DNA of 25,098 nucleotides from Sedimentisphaerales bacterium (GCA_016932145.1 JAFGDI010000188.1:1-25098); one strand, 5' to 3'. Shown: positions 16,774-25,098, counted from the first letter of the stretch. Notes: generated from the letters alone by a model not told the origin. Translations and numbers: made by a program.

Positions 16774-16965
16774 CTAGGCCGAGTACTCCGCCTCGACCGC
16801 CTGCATCTCCTGAGCTTCCCCGTATTGATGTCTGACTACTGCCAGACGGGCTGCTTCCGCAATCCGTTGCGAAAGACGGCCGCTTCGTAACTCATTCAGC
16901 ATCGAGTCTAACCGACTCGCCTTATCCATATCCCCGGATATTTCTCTGCTGATCATTGGCTCCAT
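16774..16965 (-). CDS. Small hypothetical protein (63 aa), first ORF of the flg operon
   Basis: ATG start with SD (TAAGGA) 5 nt upstream, non-overlapping, and stop 18 nt before flgF. There is weak by-eye similarity to the FlgM C-terminus. Confidence 0.6.
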   Translation of the reverse strand: MEPMISREISGDMDKASRLDSMLNELRSGRLSQRIAEAARLAVVRHQYGEAQEMQAVEAEYSA

Positions 16966-17069
16966 CCAATTCCTTACTTTACAGGTTATATTCGCTCATA
17001 TTAAACGGCTGAAATTCTCCGAACTTCTCGCCGTATTAAACTCATGCAAGTCATTCCAGAAAACCTTAA

Positions 17070-17086
17070 TACAATAACCGTGCCAA
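17070..17086 (-). promoter_or_regulatory. Sigma54 -24/-12 promoter candidate for the flg operon
   Basis: Minus strand TTGGCACGGTTATTGTA matches YTGGCACGNNNNTTGCW at every specified position except C->T at -12. It is followed upstream by A/T tracts (about 17085-17190). Confidence 0.65.
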
Positions 17087-17244
17087 AAAAACAAAAACTC
17101 ATAAAAAATATTTAAAATTATCTTTTTTTAACCAAAATCGACCTAAATACTTTAATAACAACATGTTACAATAAACAATTAAAATGGCAGGCCCTTTAAC
17201 CTCTCTGAACAGATAAAATCACTTATCGGACTAGAAAATCGACA

Positions 17245-17298
17245 GCGCAGCTTTTGCGCCCTGACCTGCAATTTTTACGCTTCGCGCAATAAATGCCG
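17245..17298. promoter_or_regulatory. Three tandem imperfect palindromes (possible activator/enhancer sites)
   Basis: GCGCA-GCTTT-TGCGC (17245-17259), CTGCA-ATTTT-TACGC (17266-17280) and GCGCA-ATAAA-TGCCG (17284-17298). Confidence 0.45.
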
Positions 17299-17400
17299 GA
17301 TTATTGTTGGCTCAACTGGCTTTTTACCGATTATCAAACTGCGGCAGAACCAGTACAGGCCGCACCATACTGACCATAAGTACTTATAGATAAGCTAATT

Positions 17401-18648
17401 ATGCCTAAAGAACCAAAGCCTTCCATACTAATACTCTATCATTTTTACAAACCTGACGATGTAATTTCAGCTCGCCACTTCTCTGACTTATCAGAAGGCC
17501 TTGCCCAGAGAGGCTGGAATGTAACAGTTTACACCAGCAACCGCTACTGTCGCAGTGCCAAAAAGAGCATACCGATAAAAAATGAGCTGATTAACGGCGT
17601 TAATGTATTTCGTTTTAACAGACCGGCACTTGACCAGTCTAAAAACATATCTCGCATGATAAATTCCTTTATCATATCGCTGAAGTGGCTTGCAAAAATA
17701 GCTACTGGCAAATCCTATGATATTGTCCTGCTGGGAACAGATCCACAGTTAGGCTATTTCATAACCCCCTTCATTCGCTTGTTCAGGCCGGGCTGCAAAA
17801 TAGCACTCTGGGCTTTTGATCTTTATCCGGAGATCATTGCAAAGGTTGATCGGCCAACTTTTTTTACCCGATCCTTACCTTATATATTAAGCCCATGGGC
17901 CAGATTAAGCTATCGATGTATGGACTTAATTGCCGATCTGGGCAGTTGCATGAGATCCGCAATAGAGCGATACAACCCCAGTGGCAGACTGACCACACTG
18001 ATACCCTGGGCCTTGAAAGAGCCGGACAAAGCAGTACAGCCAGATGAGGATATCAGACATAAACTATTTGGAGATGCAAAGTTAGCAATACTATATTCCG
18101 GAACTATTGGCAAGGCCCATACATTCAGCGATTTTATCGAGCTGGCACGGTCATTGCGTCAGAGAAAAATATCAGCCCATATCTGTTTTGCCGGTCGAGG
18201 TAATGCCCTGAGCCAATTACAGGCAATGATAACCGCGGAAGATACCAATATCAGTTTCGCCGGGTTTGCTAATGAAGAGGAGCTGGAACTGCGACTATCG
18301 GCTGCCGACCTGCACCTTATCAGCTTACGAGAGGGTTGGCAAGGCCTGGTAGTACCCTCAAAGTTTTTCGGCTCTCTGGCTACAGGCCGCCCTTTGATCT
18401 ATGCCGGCACACCAGATTCTGCTATAAAAAAATGGATAGAGCAGTACCAGATTGGCTATTATTTATGTTCAAGTAATTCCGACTTTGTGGCCGATAACCT
18501 AATGATGCTTTGCGAACAGCCGCATCTGCTGGCAGAGTTACAAAAGCGAACCCTGGAGACCTGGAAAGAGCATTTCTCCAGAACTAAGATCATAGATTCA
18601 TTCGATCTGGAACTAAGAAGTATAATAAAAAGAGAAAGAGACCTATAA
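17401..18648 (+). CDS. Glycosyltransferase family 4 (WbuB/WcaI-like)
   Basis: 'HFYKPDDVISARHFSDLSEGLAQRGWNVTVYTS', 'LYSGTIGKAH', 'LSAADLHLISL...VVPSKFFGSLATGRPLIY'. Confidence 0.88.
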   Translation: MPKEPKPSILILYHFYKPDDVISARHFSDLSEGLAQRGWNVTVYTSNRYCRSAKKSIPIKNELINGVNVFRFNRPALDQSKNISRMINSFIISLKWLAKIATGKSYDIVLLGTDPQLGYFITPFIRLFRPGCKIALWAFDLYPEIIAKVDRPTFFTRSLPYILSPWARLSYRCMDLIADLGSCMRSAIERYNPSGRLTTLIPWALKEPDKAVQPDEDIRHKLFGDAKLAILYSGTIGKAHTFSDFIELARSLRQRKISAHICFAGRGNALSQLQAMITAEDTNISFAGFANEEELELRLSAADLHLISLREGWQGLVVPSKFFGSLATGRPLIYAGTPDSAIKKWIEQYQIGYYLCSSNSDFVADNLMMLCEQPHLLAELQKRTLETWKEHFSRTKIIDSFDLELRSIIKRERDL

Positions 18649-18649
18649 G

Positions 18650-19669
18650 ATGAAAACAGCATTAGTCTGTGGTGCAGGCGGATTTATTGGCAGCCATCTG
18701 GTAAAGAGATTAAAAGCCGAGGGCTTTGAAGTTACTGGAATTGATCTGAAATACCCGGAGTTTGGCACTACTGCCGCCGACGAATTCGTCATAGGAGACC
18801 TTCGCAGCCAGTCTGTATGCAGTGAGATAATGGACCGCCCCTACGACGAGGTATATCAGCTTGCTGCTGACATGGGTGGCGCGGGCTTTGTATTCACCGG
18901 CGAACACGACGCTGAGATAATGCACAACTCAGCCATTATAAACCTTAATATAGCCGACCTGGCTGCAAAGACCGGCGTCAAAAAGCTATTTTACTCTTCT
19001 TCTGCCTGTATCTACCCGGCATATAACCAGCTCGACCCTGACAACCCCAAATGTAATGAAGATTCGGCATACCCGGCAGCACCTGACAGTGACTATGGCT
19101 GGGAAAAGTTATTCAGCGAAAGAATGTATATGGCATACAGCAGGAATCTTAACCTGGATGTCCGCATCGCCCGCTTCCATAACATTTTCGGGCCGGAAGG
19201 AACCTGGACCGGGGGCAGAGAAAAATCACCTGCCGCTTTCTGCCGGAAAGTTGCTCAGACACCTGACAACGGTACAATTGAAATGTGGGGCGATGGCAAT
19301 CAGACCAGATCGTTCCTCTATATCGATGAATGCCTTGAAGGCGTAAGAAGACTAATGAACTCATCTTTCATGGGACCATTAAATATTGGCTCAGAGGAAA
19401 TGGTGTCAATAAACCAGCTCTGCCAGATGATCGCTGAGATTGCCGGAAAAACGATTAATGTGCAGCATATCGATGGCCCGCTTGGCGTTCGCGGCAGAAA
19501 TTCAGACAATAACCTCATGTTCGAAAAGCTCAACTGGAAACCAACCCAGCCGCTCGAAACCGGTCTGAGACATACTTATAAATGGATTTGCCAGCAGGTT
19601 GCCGACACTAACAACAACTTGATATCACAATCGGCCAAAAACAAGAATTCTCAGAATACACACGCATGA
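18650..19669 (+). CDS. NAD-dependent epimerase, GDP-mannose 3,5-epimerase (GME)-like
   Basis: 'GAGGFIGSHL', 'VYQLAADMGGAGF', 'YSSSACIYP', 'YGWEK', 'RFHNIFGPEGTW.GGREKSPAAFCRK' and 'WGDGNQTRSFLYIDECLEG' are the GME subfamily motifs. Confidence 0.88.
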   Translation: MKTALVCGAGGFIGSHLVKRLKAEGFEVTGIDLKYPEFGTTAADEFVIGDLRSQSVCSEIMDRPYDEVYQLAADMGGAGFVFTGEHDAEIMHNSAIINLNIADLAAKTGVKKLFYSSSACIYPAYNQLDPDNPKCNEDSAYPAAPDSDYGWEKLFSERMYMAYSRNLNLDVRIARFHNIFGPEGTWTGGREKSPAAFCRKVAQTPDNGTIEMWGDGNQTRSFLYIDECLEGVRRLMNSSFMGPLNIGSEEMVSINQLCQMIAEIAGKTINVQHIDGPLGVRGRNSDNNLMFEKLNWKPTQPLETGLRHTYKWICQQVADTNNNLISQSAKNKNSQNTHA

Positions 19670-19683
19670 CTAAGTGTATCTGA
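19656..19683 (+). repeat. Degenerate fifth REP copy overlapping the epimerase stop codon
   Basis: ATACACACGCATGACTAAGTGTATCTGA matches the REP 28-mer at 20/28 without gaps. It sits between convergent genes. Confidence 0.4.
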
Positions 19684-19712
19684 CGGCTTTGGCCCGACTA
19701 TAAATCAACTGC

Positions 19713-22700
19713 CTAATTGAGCCATTGACCGGCAAGCGTTTCCAGGTCGATAATATCTACCTGGCCATTGCGATCAATGTCAACACCAGAGCAATTGAAC
19801 CAGCTATTCTGACATTCGTCATTAAGCCAATACTGAGCAATAACCGCCAGGTCTAAAAGATCAACCCGACAATTACCATCAAAGTCAGCCAGGCTCGCTG
19901 CGGTAGTAAAGGTCCAGACCGGACCACGAACTACATCGCCACATCTGTTACTCGCTTCGACCTGCCAGTAATAAGTCTCACCCGTACCCAGCACACCGGG
20001 ATCATAAACCGGATATTCATATCCAGTTACGAGCAATGTCTGGGGCGGATTGACAGTGTCCAGATAGACATCATAAAAATACAGACTCAGGGCACTCCTG
20101 ACCGCATTGGCAATTATCAGCGATTTGCTATTATCATAAGAATAATAGTCCCAGCCTAAAAGCAGCACACTGCCGGCGCCAATACTTTTCGCTATTGCCA
20201 CAGGACTGCCTTCACACACTACTATCACATCACCATTATGCTCACTATAAGATACTGTCCCATAAGTAGCAGGGAAAGTTTCCGGCAACGACCTGGTCAG
20301 CCTGCTTTGCTCTGCTACCCTCAAAACCGCATCATCGGCTAAAACCGAAGCGGCATTAACCTGAAGCAAACCAGTAGCATTCAACAGGCGGTCTGCCCCC
20401 CAGCTATAATCGCAAACGACAACCACACCGCCATTTTCCACATAGCCCGGCAGCACTGTAGCAAAAACTTCAGCCAGAATATCTACATGACTACTGGCAA
20501 TAAGCTCCTGTTCAGGCACAAGAAAGACCTGATGATCAGCCAGCATTTGCGTAAGAGCAACCGGGTCCTCGCTATCGGTAAGCGTTACAGAAAAATCTGA
20601 AAAGTTGTCGGCTATGGCATTAAGCGTATTCTCCAGCTCACCTCCAGATGAATTATCAGAATAGCCGGCAAACACCAGAATATTTACCAATGCCTGACCA
20701 CCACCAATAAATTCTAACAGTGGAATTGCTCTTACAGTACCTTCCCCTGGCTGCTGACCCGTCAGAAGAGATTTAGCCTGTATCTCTGCTATCTGCTCTG
20801 CACTTCGTGTATTATACTTCTTCACAGACTTATTATCAGACTCGGGAATCTGCCACTGTAAGGGCATATTCGCCGGCTGACAAATCTGCATATTCACCGG
20901 CATTACCGGTTCAGGGGCAGACAGAAAACTACACTGGTTAAAATACAGATCTACACGGGCAAAATCTGAGGCCAACACCTGACCGTTGTCTGCATTAAGG
21001 GCATACCAGGTAAAAACATCTGGCAATGTTGCCTGACGATCCGAAACATACAATACCACATTATTGGCATCAAGGTTATAAGGTACGGCATCTATCAATA
21101 ATGCCCCATCATAAAGCTCGCCTGAAGCGGGCAGCGTCTCGATCACATAACTACTGACATTGGTTGCTGACAAAGCAATAGCCTGCTCCTGACCAGACCA
21201 TAATTCATAACTGGCATTAGCTGCTACCGGGTAAACGCCGGTACAAAAATCCATATCAGTGAAATCGCTTGCCACAAACATAGACGGCATACCGCCACCA
21301 GCAGAAAGGCCAACACCTACATCTTTACTATTGCCTGAAACATTCAGCCAGCTCAACACTATCATACCATCATAAAACATCTGCACCTGAAAGGTTCGCA
21401 AAACACTTGTACCAAATTCTGGCACACCGGCAAAGGTCACCACTACCTGATCTTCAAGCTGCTGCCAGGTCACACTATCTCCCAGCGGCGGATTAAGGTC
21501 AGAATAATACATTGAGATATGAGGTCTGGAAAAATGCTCATACAGGTCAAAGTTGTAGTTTATCTTAGTAGAATCAAAGGCAATATAGCCATTGGAACAT
21601 ATATGCAATACACTCCATAACTGACCATAAAGACTGATCGACTTACCATTAGCCAAATACACAGTTTCCATTCGCTCATCATTACTGCCCTGACTGAGGT
21701 CAAATACCGCTGTACCTGACTGTGGGTCGATTGGCAATGTATCAATATGACTCCGACAGGCAAAATAATAATTATCTGAACCATCTGGAACAAAACTGAT
21801 CGATACACCTGAAAGGTCACAGGCTCCCGGCAAAAAACGCTCGGTAAAATAATTTGCCAGCGGCATGATATTTAACACATAATCAGCCTGAGACGAATCA
21901 TCAAGGCCATCAGATACATGCCATTGAAATATATCACCGCCAACATAAGAGTCCGATGCCTGATATTCTATATAACCTGTATTACCCAAAGAGTAAGGCA
22001 CAGCTTCAATCAATATATCACCAGCATAAAGAGACCCTCTTTGCGGCAGGGTGTCTATTATATATGTCAGCGGCGAAGGAACACCATCATCATAGGCCGG
22101 CAAATAAATCTCTTCACGCATACTCTGCAATATGGTGATCGACGAATCAATCGCAATCGGAATACCAGTATCTGCCTTAGCTGACAGATAATTACTAAAA
22201 TCACTCTCAACAAATGGCTCTGGCTTGCTACCGCCTGATAAGCCAACTATTAAATCATTTGTACCAACCTGCAACCAGGTTATCCTAATAATACCATTAT
22301 AAAAATGCTGGATCTGAAATGAACTACTCACTGAGCCATCAACCTGAAGAATATCTCTATAAGTCACTACCAGCGAACTATCAGTTATAAGATAACTAAT
22401 ACTGCAATTTCCTCTGACTGGATTAAGATCGTCAAACAAGGCCGAAACTCGAGGCTTCAAAAAATGGCTGTCAATAGTATCTTCATATTTAGTATCAGAT
22501 AGACCATAGGTAAGATATCCATTGGAACCTATAAATACCTGGCTATATGCCACACCGAATAAAGACAGATAATTACCCGGCAAAGTAACACCATAACTGT
22601 CATCATCACCGAGTTCTAACTCTACAGCTCCGGCAGTATCAACCTCAAAAACATTGGCCCGGGTCACTATAGCCTTATATGTGCCATTAACCTGCGGTGT

Positions 22701-24362
22701 GAATGTCAGGGTTTTGTTACTTAAGTCAAATATATCGGAACCATAGCCGGTAAACTGCTCTGTAAGACAATCATTCATACCCAGAGCCAGCCCCATTTCA
22801 AGGGTATAGTTTTTATTATAGGTATTGTCAGCAATAGTAATATCATTGCGATAAACGCCATTTGTAAGCGATAAAGTTGCCTGGGCATTTACCTCTACCT
22901 GTATATCAGTTTCGCTGACACCGGCGAGAACGCCCGATTCGGGAGTAATTGTCAGCCAGGCCGGTTTCTCGGTTATAGACCACGATACAGGACTATCAGT
23001 TCGGTTTGACAAACGATATAATACCGCCTCTGGCGAGAACCCTTCACTCTCTGAGCCATAGAACACCTGACCACTTATCGGCCACACTGATAGCCCCACC
23101 GGGCAATTTGCTGTAATACCTGCTACAATACTCTGTAAGTCATAATAAAAATAGTCACTTTCCACCTGAATTGACTCTCGGTGAGCCTGCCTGAGCCAAC
23201 TATCGTAAGGAAAAGAAACGAAAGCATCAAGAAAAGCAGGCCAGCTTGTCTCTCTGACAAATGCCATAGAATGACCGGCATAATCACTGCCCGCACCGGT
23301 GGTCGGAAAATTAATCGACACACCCCCAAGACCAGACAGATCACTACTGGCAGCATGTGATACTATGGCCTCTGACAAACCGGCCCGAACTGAATTAGCA
23401 GCAGCAAGACAATTTTCCGGGTCAGAGTCTATATCAACCATCAGAGAATCTGCCAGCGCATCAACACTTGCCAGCAAAGTCTCAACTTTACTGAGGTCTA
23501 TAGCTGACAAAGCAACATCTGACTGAAAATAATTGCAATATCTCTGCACAACAGTATGACCCAGCTCTGCCAGAGACATTCTCGGATTATACTGCAAATC
23601 ATTTATGAAAAGATCGTAGGGCCAGCCATCCCCCGGCTCTTTCACCTCTGAGCCAATGAACATTGAAGCATTATTGCGGATCTCACCTACCACCTCGACC
23701 ATAGCCATCAGGCAGGCATCCATACCCAATATGTCAATATCCACACCCTCACGAACTGACAGTCGGTCGAGAACCTCCCTTAGCTCGCTAAGCGTCAATT
23801 CATCAGAACTGGTAAAATCCTGACATATAGCCTTTTCTATTTCCGGTTCTTTCTCTGTTGGCAAACTACCTGTGCGAGTTATCGCTTCGGCCATAGCTAC
23901 AGAAGCAAAATACTCAGACCAGCCGCCGCCATGATTCCAGAGGACTAACATTGTCTTATCTGAGGGATAACTCTGGTGTGCCCAAAGCACAAAATCCTCC
24001 AGTACCGCCGGGTCGCCCATATTGGCCTCACCCAGAACCGTACCCCAGCTCGATACTGGCGTATCGCCAAAATCTATACCACCTCGCCTGGCATCTGTCC
24101 AATTGTCGTAAGCAGAACTATAACCTGCTATCCGGTCAAGCATTACAACGATATTCACATTCATATCTGAACCAATACTAGCCATTTCCAGAAAATCAGA
24201 TAAGGCATAAGGTTCAAGATTGTTATCACCATCAATATACACCATAATCGTCCAGCTCTTATATGGAGCTGGATTCTCTGGTGAATACTGGGCAAATAAA
24301 GACGAAATACATGTCGTCAATAAAACTGCCGACAATATACATTGTCTGATAAAAATATTCAT
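19713..24362 (-). CDS. Secreted clostripain-family (C11) cysteine peptidase with BACON-like, two nidogen-like + Ig-like repeats, an accessory domain, an FN3-like segment and a C-terminal dockerin-like module
   Basis: Signal peptide ending 'SLFA|Q'; 'WTIMVYIDGDNNLE', 'NMGDP..L..FV.WA...YPSDK..LVLWNHGGGW' (His144) and 'ILGMDACLMA' (Cys217). The C-terminal duplicated EF-hand-like 'DFDGNCRVDLLDL...W / DIDRNGQVDIIDL...W' is dockerin-like. Confidence 0.85.
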   Translation of the reverse strand: MNIFIRQCILSAVLLTTCISSLFAQYSPENPAPYKSWTIMVYIDGDNNLEPYALSDFLEMASIGSDMNVNIVVMLDRIAGYSSAYDNWTDARRGGIDFGDTPVSSWGTVLGEANMGDPAVLEDFVLWAHQSYPSDKTMLVLWNHGGGWSEYFASVAMAEAITRTGSLPTEKEPEIEKAICQDFTSSDELTLSELREVLDRLSVREGVDIDILGMDACLMAMVEVVGEIRNNASMFIGSEVKEPGDGWPYDLFINDLQYNPRMSLAELGHTVVQRYCNYFQSDVALSAIDLSKVETLLASVDALADSLMVDIDSDPENCLAAANSVRAGLSEAIVSHAASSDLSGLGGVSINFPTTGAGSDYAGHSMAFVRETSWPAFLDAFVSFPYDSWLRQAHRESIQVESDYFYYDLQSIVAGITANCPVGLSVWPISGQVFYGSESEGFSPEAVLYRLSNRTDSPVSWSITEKPAWLTITPESGVLAGVSETDIQVEVNAQATLSLTNGVYRNDITIADNTYNKNYTLEMGLALGMNDCLTEQFTGYGSDIFDLSNKTLTFTPQVNGTYKAIVTRANVFEVDTAGAVELELGDDDSYGVTLPGNYLSLFGVAYSQVFIGSNGYLTYGLSDTKYEDTIDSHFLKPRVSALFDDLNPVRGNCSISYLITDSSLVVTYRDILQVDGSVSSSFQIQHFYNGIIRITWLQVGTNDLIVGLSGGSKPEPFVESDFSNYLSAKADTGIPIAIDSSITILQSMREEIYLPAYDDGVPSPLTYIIDTLPQRGSLYAGDILIEAVPYSLGNTGYIEYQASDSYVGGDIFQWHVSDGLDDSSQADYVLNIMPLANYFTERFLPGACDLSGVSISFVPDGSDNYYFACRSHIDTLPIDPQSGTAVFDLSQGSNDERMETVYLANGKSISLYGQLWSVLHICSNGYIAFDSTKINYNFDLYEHFSRPHISMYYSDLNPPLGDSVTWQQLEDQVVVTFAGVPEFGTSVLRTFQVQMFYDGMIVLSWLNVSGNSKDVGVGLSAGGGMPSMFVASDFTDMDFCTGVYPVAANASYELWSGQEQAIALSATNVSSYVIETLPASGELYDGALLIDAVPYNLDANNVVLYVSDRQATLPDVFTWYALNADNGQVLASDFARVDLYFNQCSFLSAPEPVMPVNMQICQPANMPLQWQIPESDNKSVKKYNTRSAEQIAEIQAKSLLTGQQPGEGTVRAIPLLEFIGGGQALVNILVFAGYSDNSSGGELENTLNAIADNFSDFSVTLTDSEDPVALTQMLADHQVFLVPEQELIASSHVDILAEVFATVLPGYVENGGVVVVCDYSWGADRLLNATGLLQVNAASVLADDAVLRVAEQSRLTRSLPETFPATYGTVSYSEHNGDVIVVCEGSPVAIAKSIGAGSVLLLGWDYYSYDNSKSLIIANAVRSALSLYFYDVYLDTVNPPQTLLVTGYEYPVYDPGVLGTGETYYWQVEASNRCGDVVRGPVWTFTTAASLADFDGNCRVDLLDLAVIAQYWLNDECQNSWFNCSGVDIDRNGQVDIIDLETLAGQWLN

Positions 24363-24496
24363 CGTAAGTATGGTTCTCTCACTCCCAGAAATGCAACTTT
24401 AAAAATGACAGCTACTTACGAGAACCACCTGAAATAATAAAGGCTCAGGAAGGGCTCTCTTTTCTCCTGTAAGTAATTATGCCTGCTTTGCTTATT

Positions 24497-24519
24497 ATAC
24501 TATAATATTGGTATAGTAT
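24497..24519. promoter_or_regulatory. Perfect inverted repeat (candidate operator) overlapping a TATAAT -10 box upstream of the peptidase gene
   Basis: ATACTATA-ATATTGG-TATAGTAT has 8-bp arms and a 7-nt spacer. The minus strand reads ...TATAGTATAAT. Confidence 0.4.
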
Positions 24520-24546
24520 GTCGTAAAAATCAAATCTACATAGATA

Positions 24547-24573
24547 ATATCGGCCAAATCCATATACCATATA
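24547..24573 (-). promoter_or_regulatory. Candidate sigma28-type promoter upstream of the peptidase gene
   Basis: Minus strand TATA-N15-GCCGATAT versus TAAA-N15-GCCGATA(A/T): 1 mismatch. Confidence 0.35.
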
Positions 24574-24689
24574 ATCTTACGACTCAAAAAATAAACAGAA
24601 ATTACCAGCCAGAAAGCGCTCTTGCTTACTGCCCCAGACAATTATGGTTATAGGACTATGCTTAACCCTTAACTTTCCGGCCAATTCGA

Positions 24690-25098
24690 TCACTGCTCAG
24701 AAGAGCTTTTGTCCTCATCGGCATTTATATCTGATATGGTATTATCGTTACCAGCAGTCTGTCCTTCTGCCGCTGACTGCTGCTCACTCTGGGAAGAGGT
24801 AGTACCATTTTCGTCGCACTCCTTATGCTCGCCATGCGAATGGGGAAATGATATTCCTTCAAAGAGTTCATTAACATGAGTCTCAAGATAACATTCAGAA
24901 AGGTCGATCTCATCTTCATGCTTACGAAGCATAACATAAATTTGCGTTGCAGTTGTATAATAGTAACTGCAAGCATACGCCGGGAGGATAAGCACAACAC
25001 TCTGACATGCCAGACGGATCAGCCAGGCACATACCGCCTCACCGCCAGAGAGCAAATGCCATTGTATCGCCGGCAATAACGCCGTAAAAGAAGGAACC
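24690..25098 (-). CDS. 3' end of a probable membrane protein, truncated by the window edge
   Basis: The frame stays open to position 25097 (VPSFTALL...), so the track's TTG start is not the real start. A hydrophobic segment is followed by 'YYYTTATQIYVMLRKHEDEIDLSECYLE' and a low-complexity tail. Confidence 0.7.
   Translation of the reverse strand, partial: VPSFTALLPAIQWHLLSGGEAVCAWLIRLACQSVVLILPAYACSYYYTTATQIYVMLRKHEDEIDLSECYLETHVNELFEGISFPHSHGEHKECDENGTTSSQSEQQSAAEGQTAGNDNTISDINADEDKSSSEQ

Noticed and set aside
24363-24689. c-di-GMP or other riboswitch, or a tRNA, in the larger intergenic regions (also 16966-17400)
   Set aside because: I could not find GEMM-type GGCAAA/GNRA-receptor architecture, a cloverleaf or another recognisable ncRNA pattern by eye. 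An Rfam scan would be needed to exclude it fully.

Overview
A chromosomal, non-phage window. It most likely comes from a Planctomycetota member of the Phycisphaerae type; this is inferred from the flagellin N-terminus style, the enlarged FlgL/FlgA and the C-terminal 'DFDGNCRVDLLDL...W' dockerin-like module. From left to right it holds: a GAF-GGDEF diguanylate cyclase (+); a trpS-scpA-xth run (-); a flagellar cluster (-) ordered small ORF-flgF-flgG-flgA-flgH-flgI-flgJ-flgN-flgK-flgL-fliW-csrA-fliC; a divergent GT4 glycosyltransferase plus GDP-mannose 3,5-epimerase-like pair (+); a 1549-aa secreted clostripain (C11) multidomain protein (-); and the 3' end of a gene cut by the window edge. The most interesting signals are non-coding. 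(1) A GTAG-type 28-bp REP palindrome family forms two inverted doublets (REPIN-like) at both junctions of trpS-scpA-xth and overlaps stop codons and the ScpA C-terminus. (2) GGA-in-loop hairpins enclose the Shine-Dalgarno sequences of both fliC and fliW, suggesting CsrA control of flagellin and of its own antagonist. (3) Sigma54-like promoters with a shared non-canonical -12 box (TGTA) precede the flg operon and fliC, with three enhancer-like palindromes upstream. (4) A 63-aa ORF leading the operon has weak FlgM-like similarity. All family assignments were made by eye from motifs; no database search was run.
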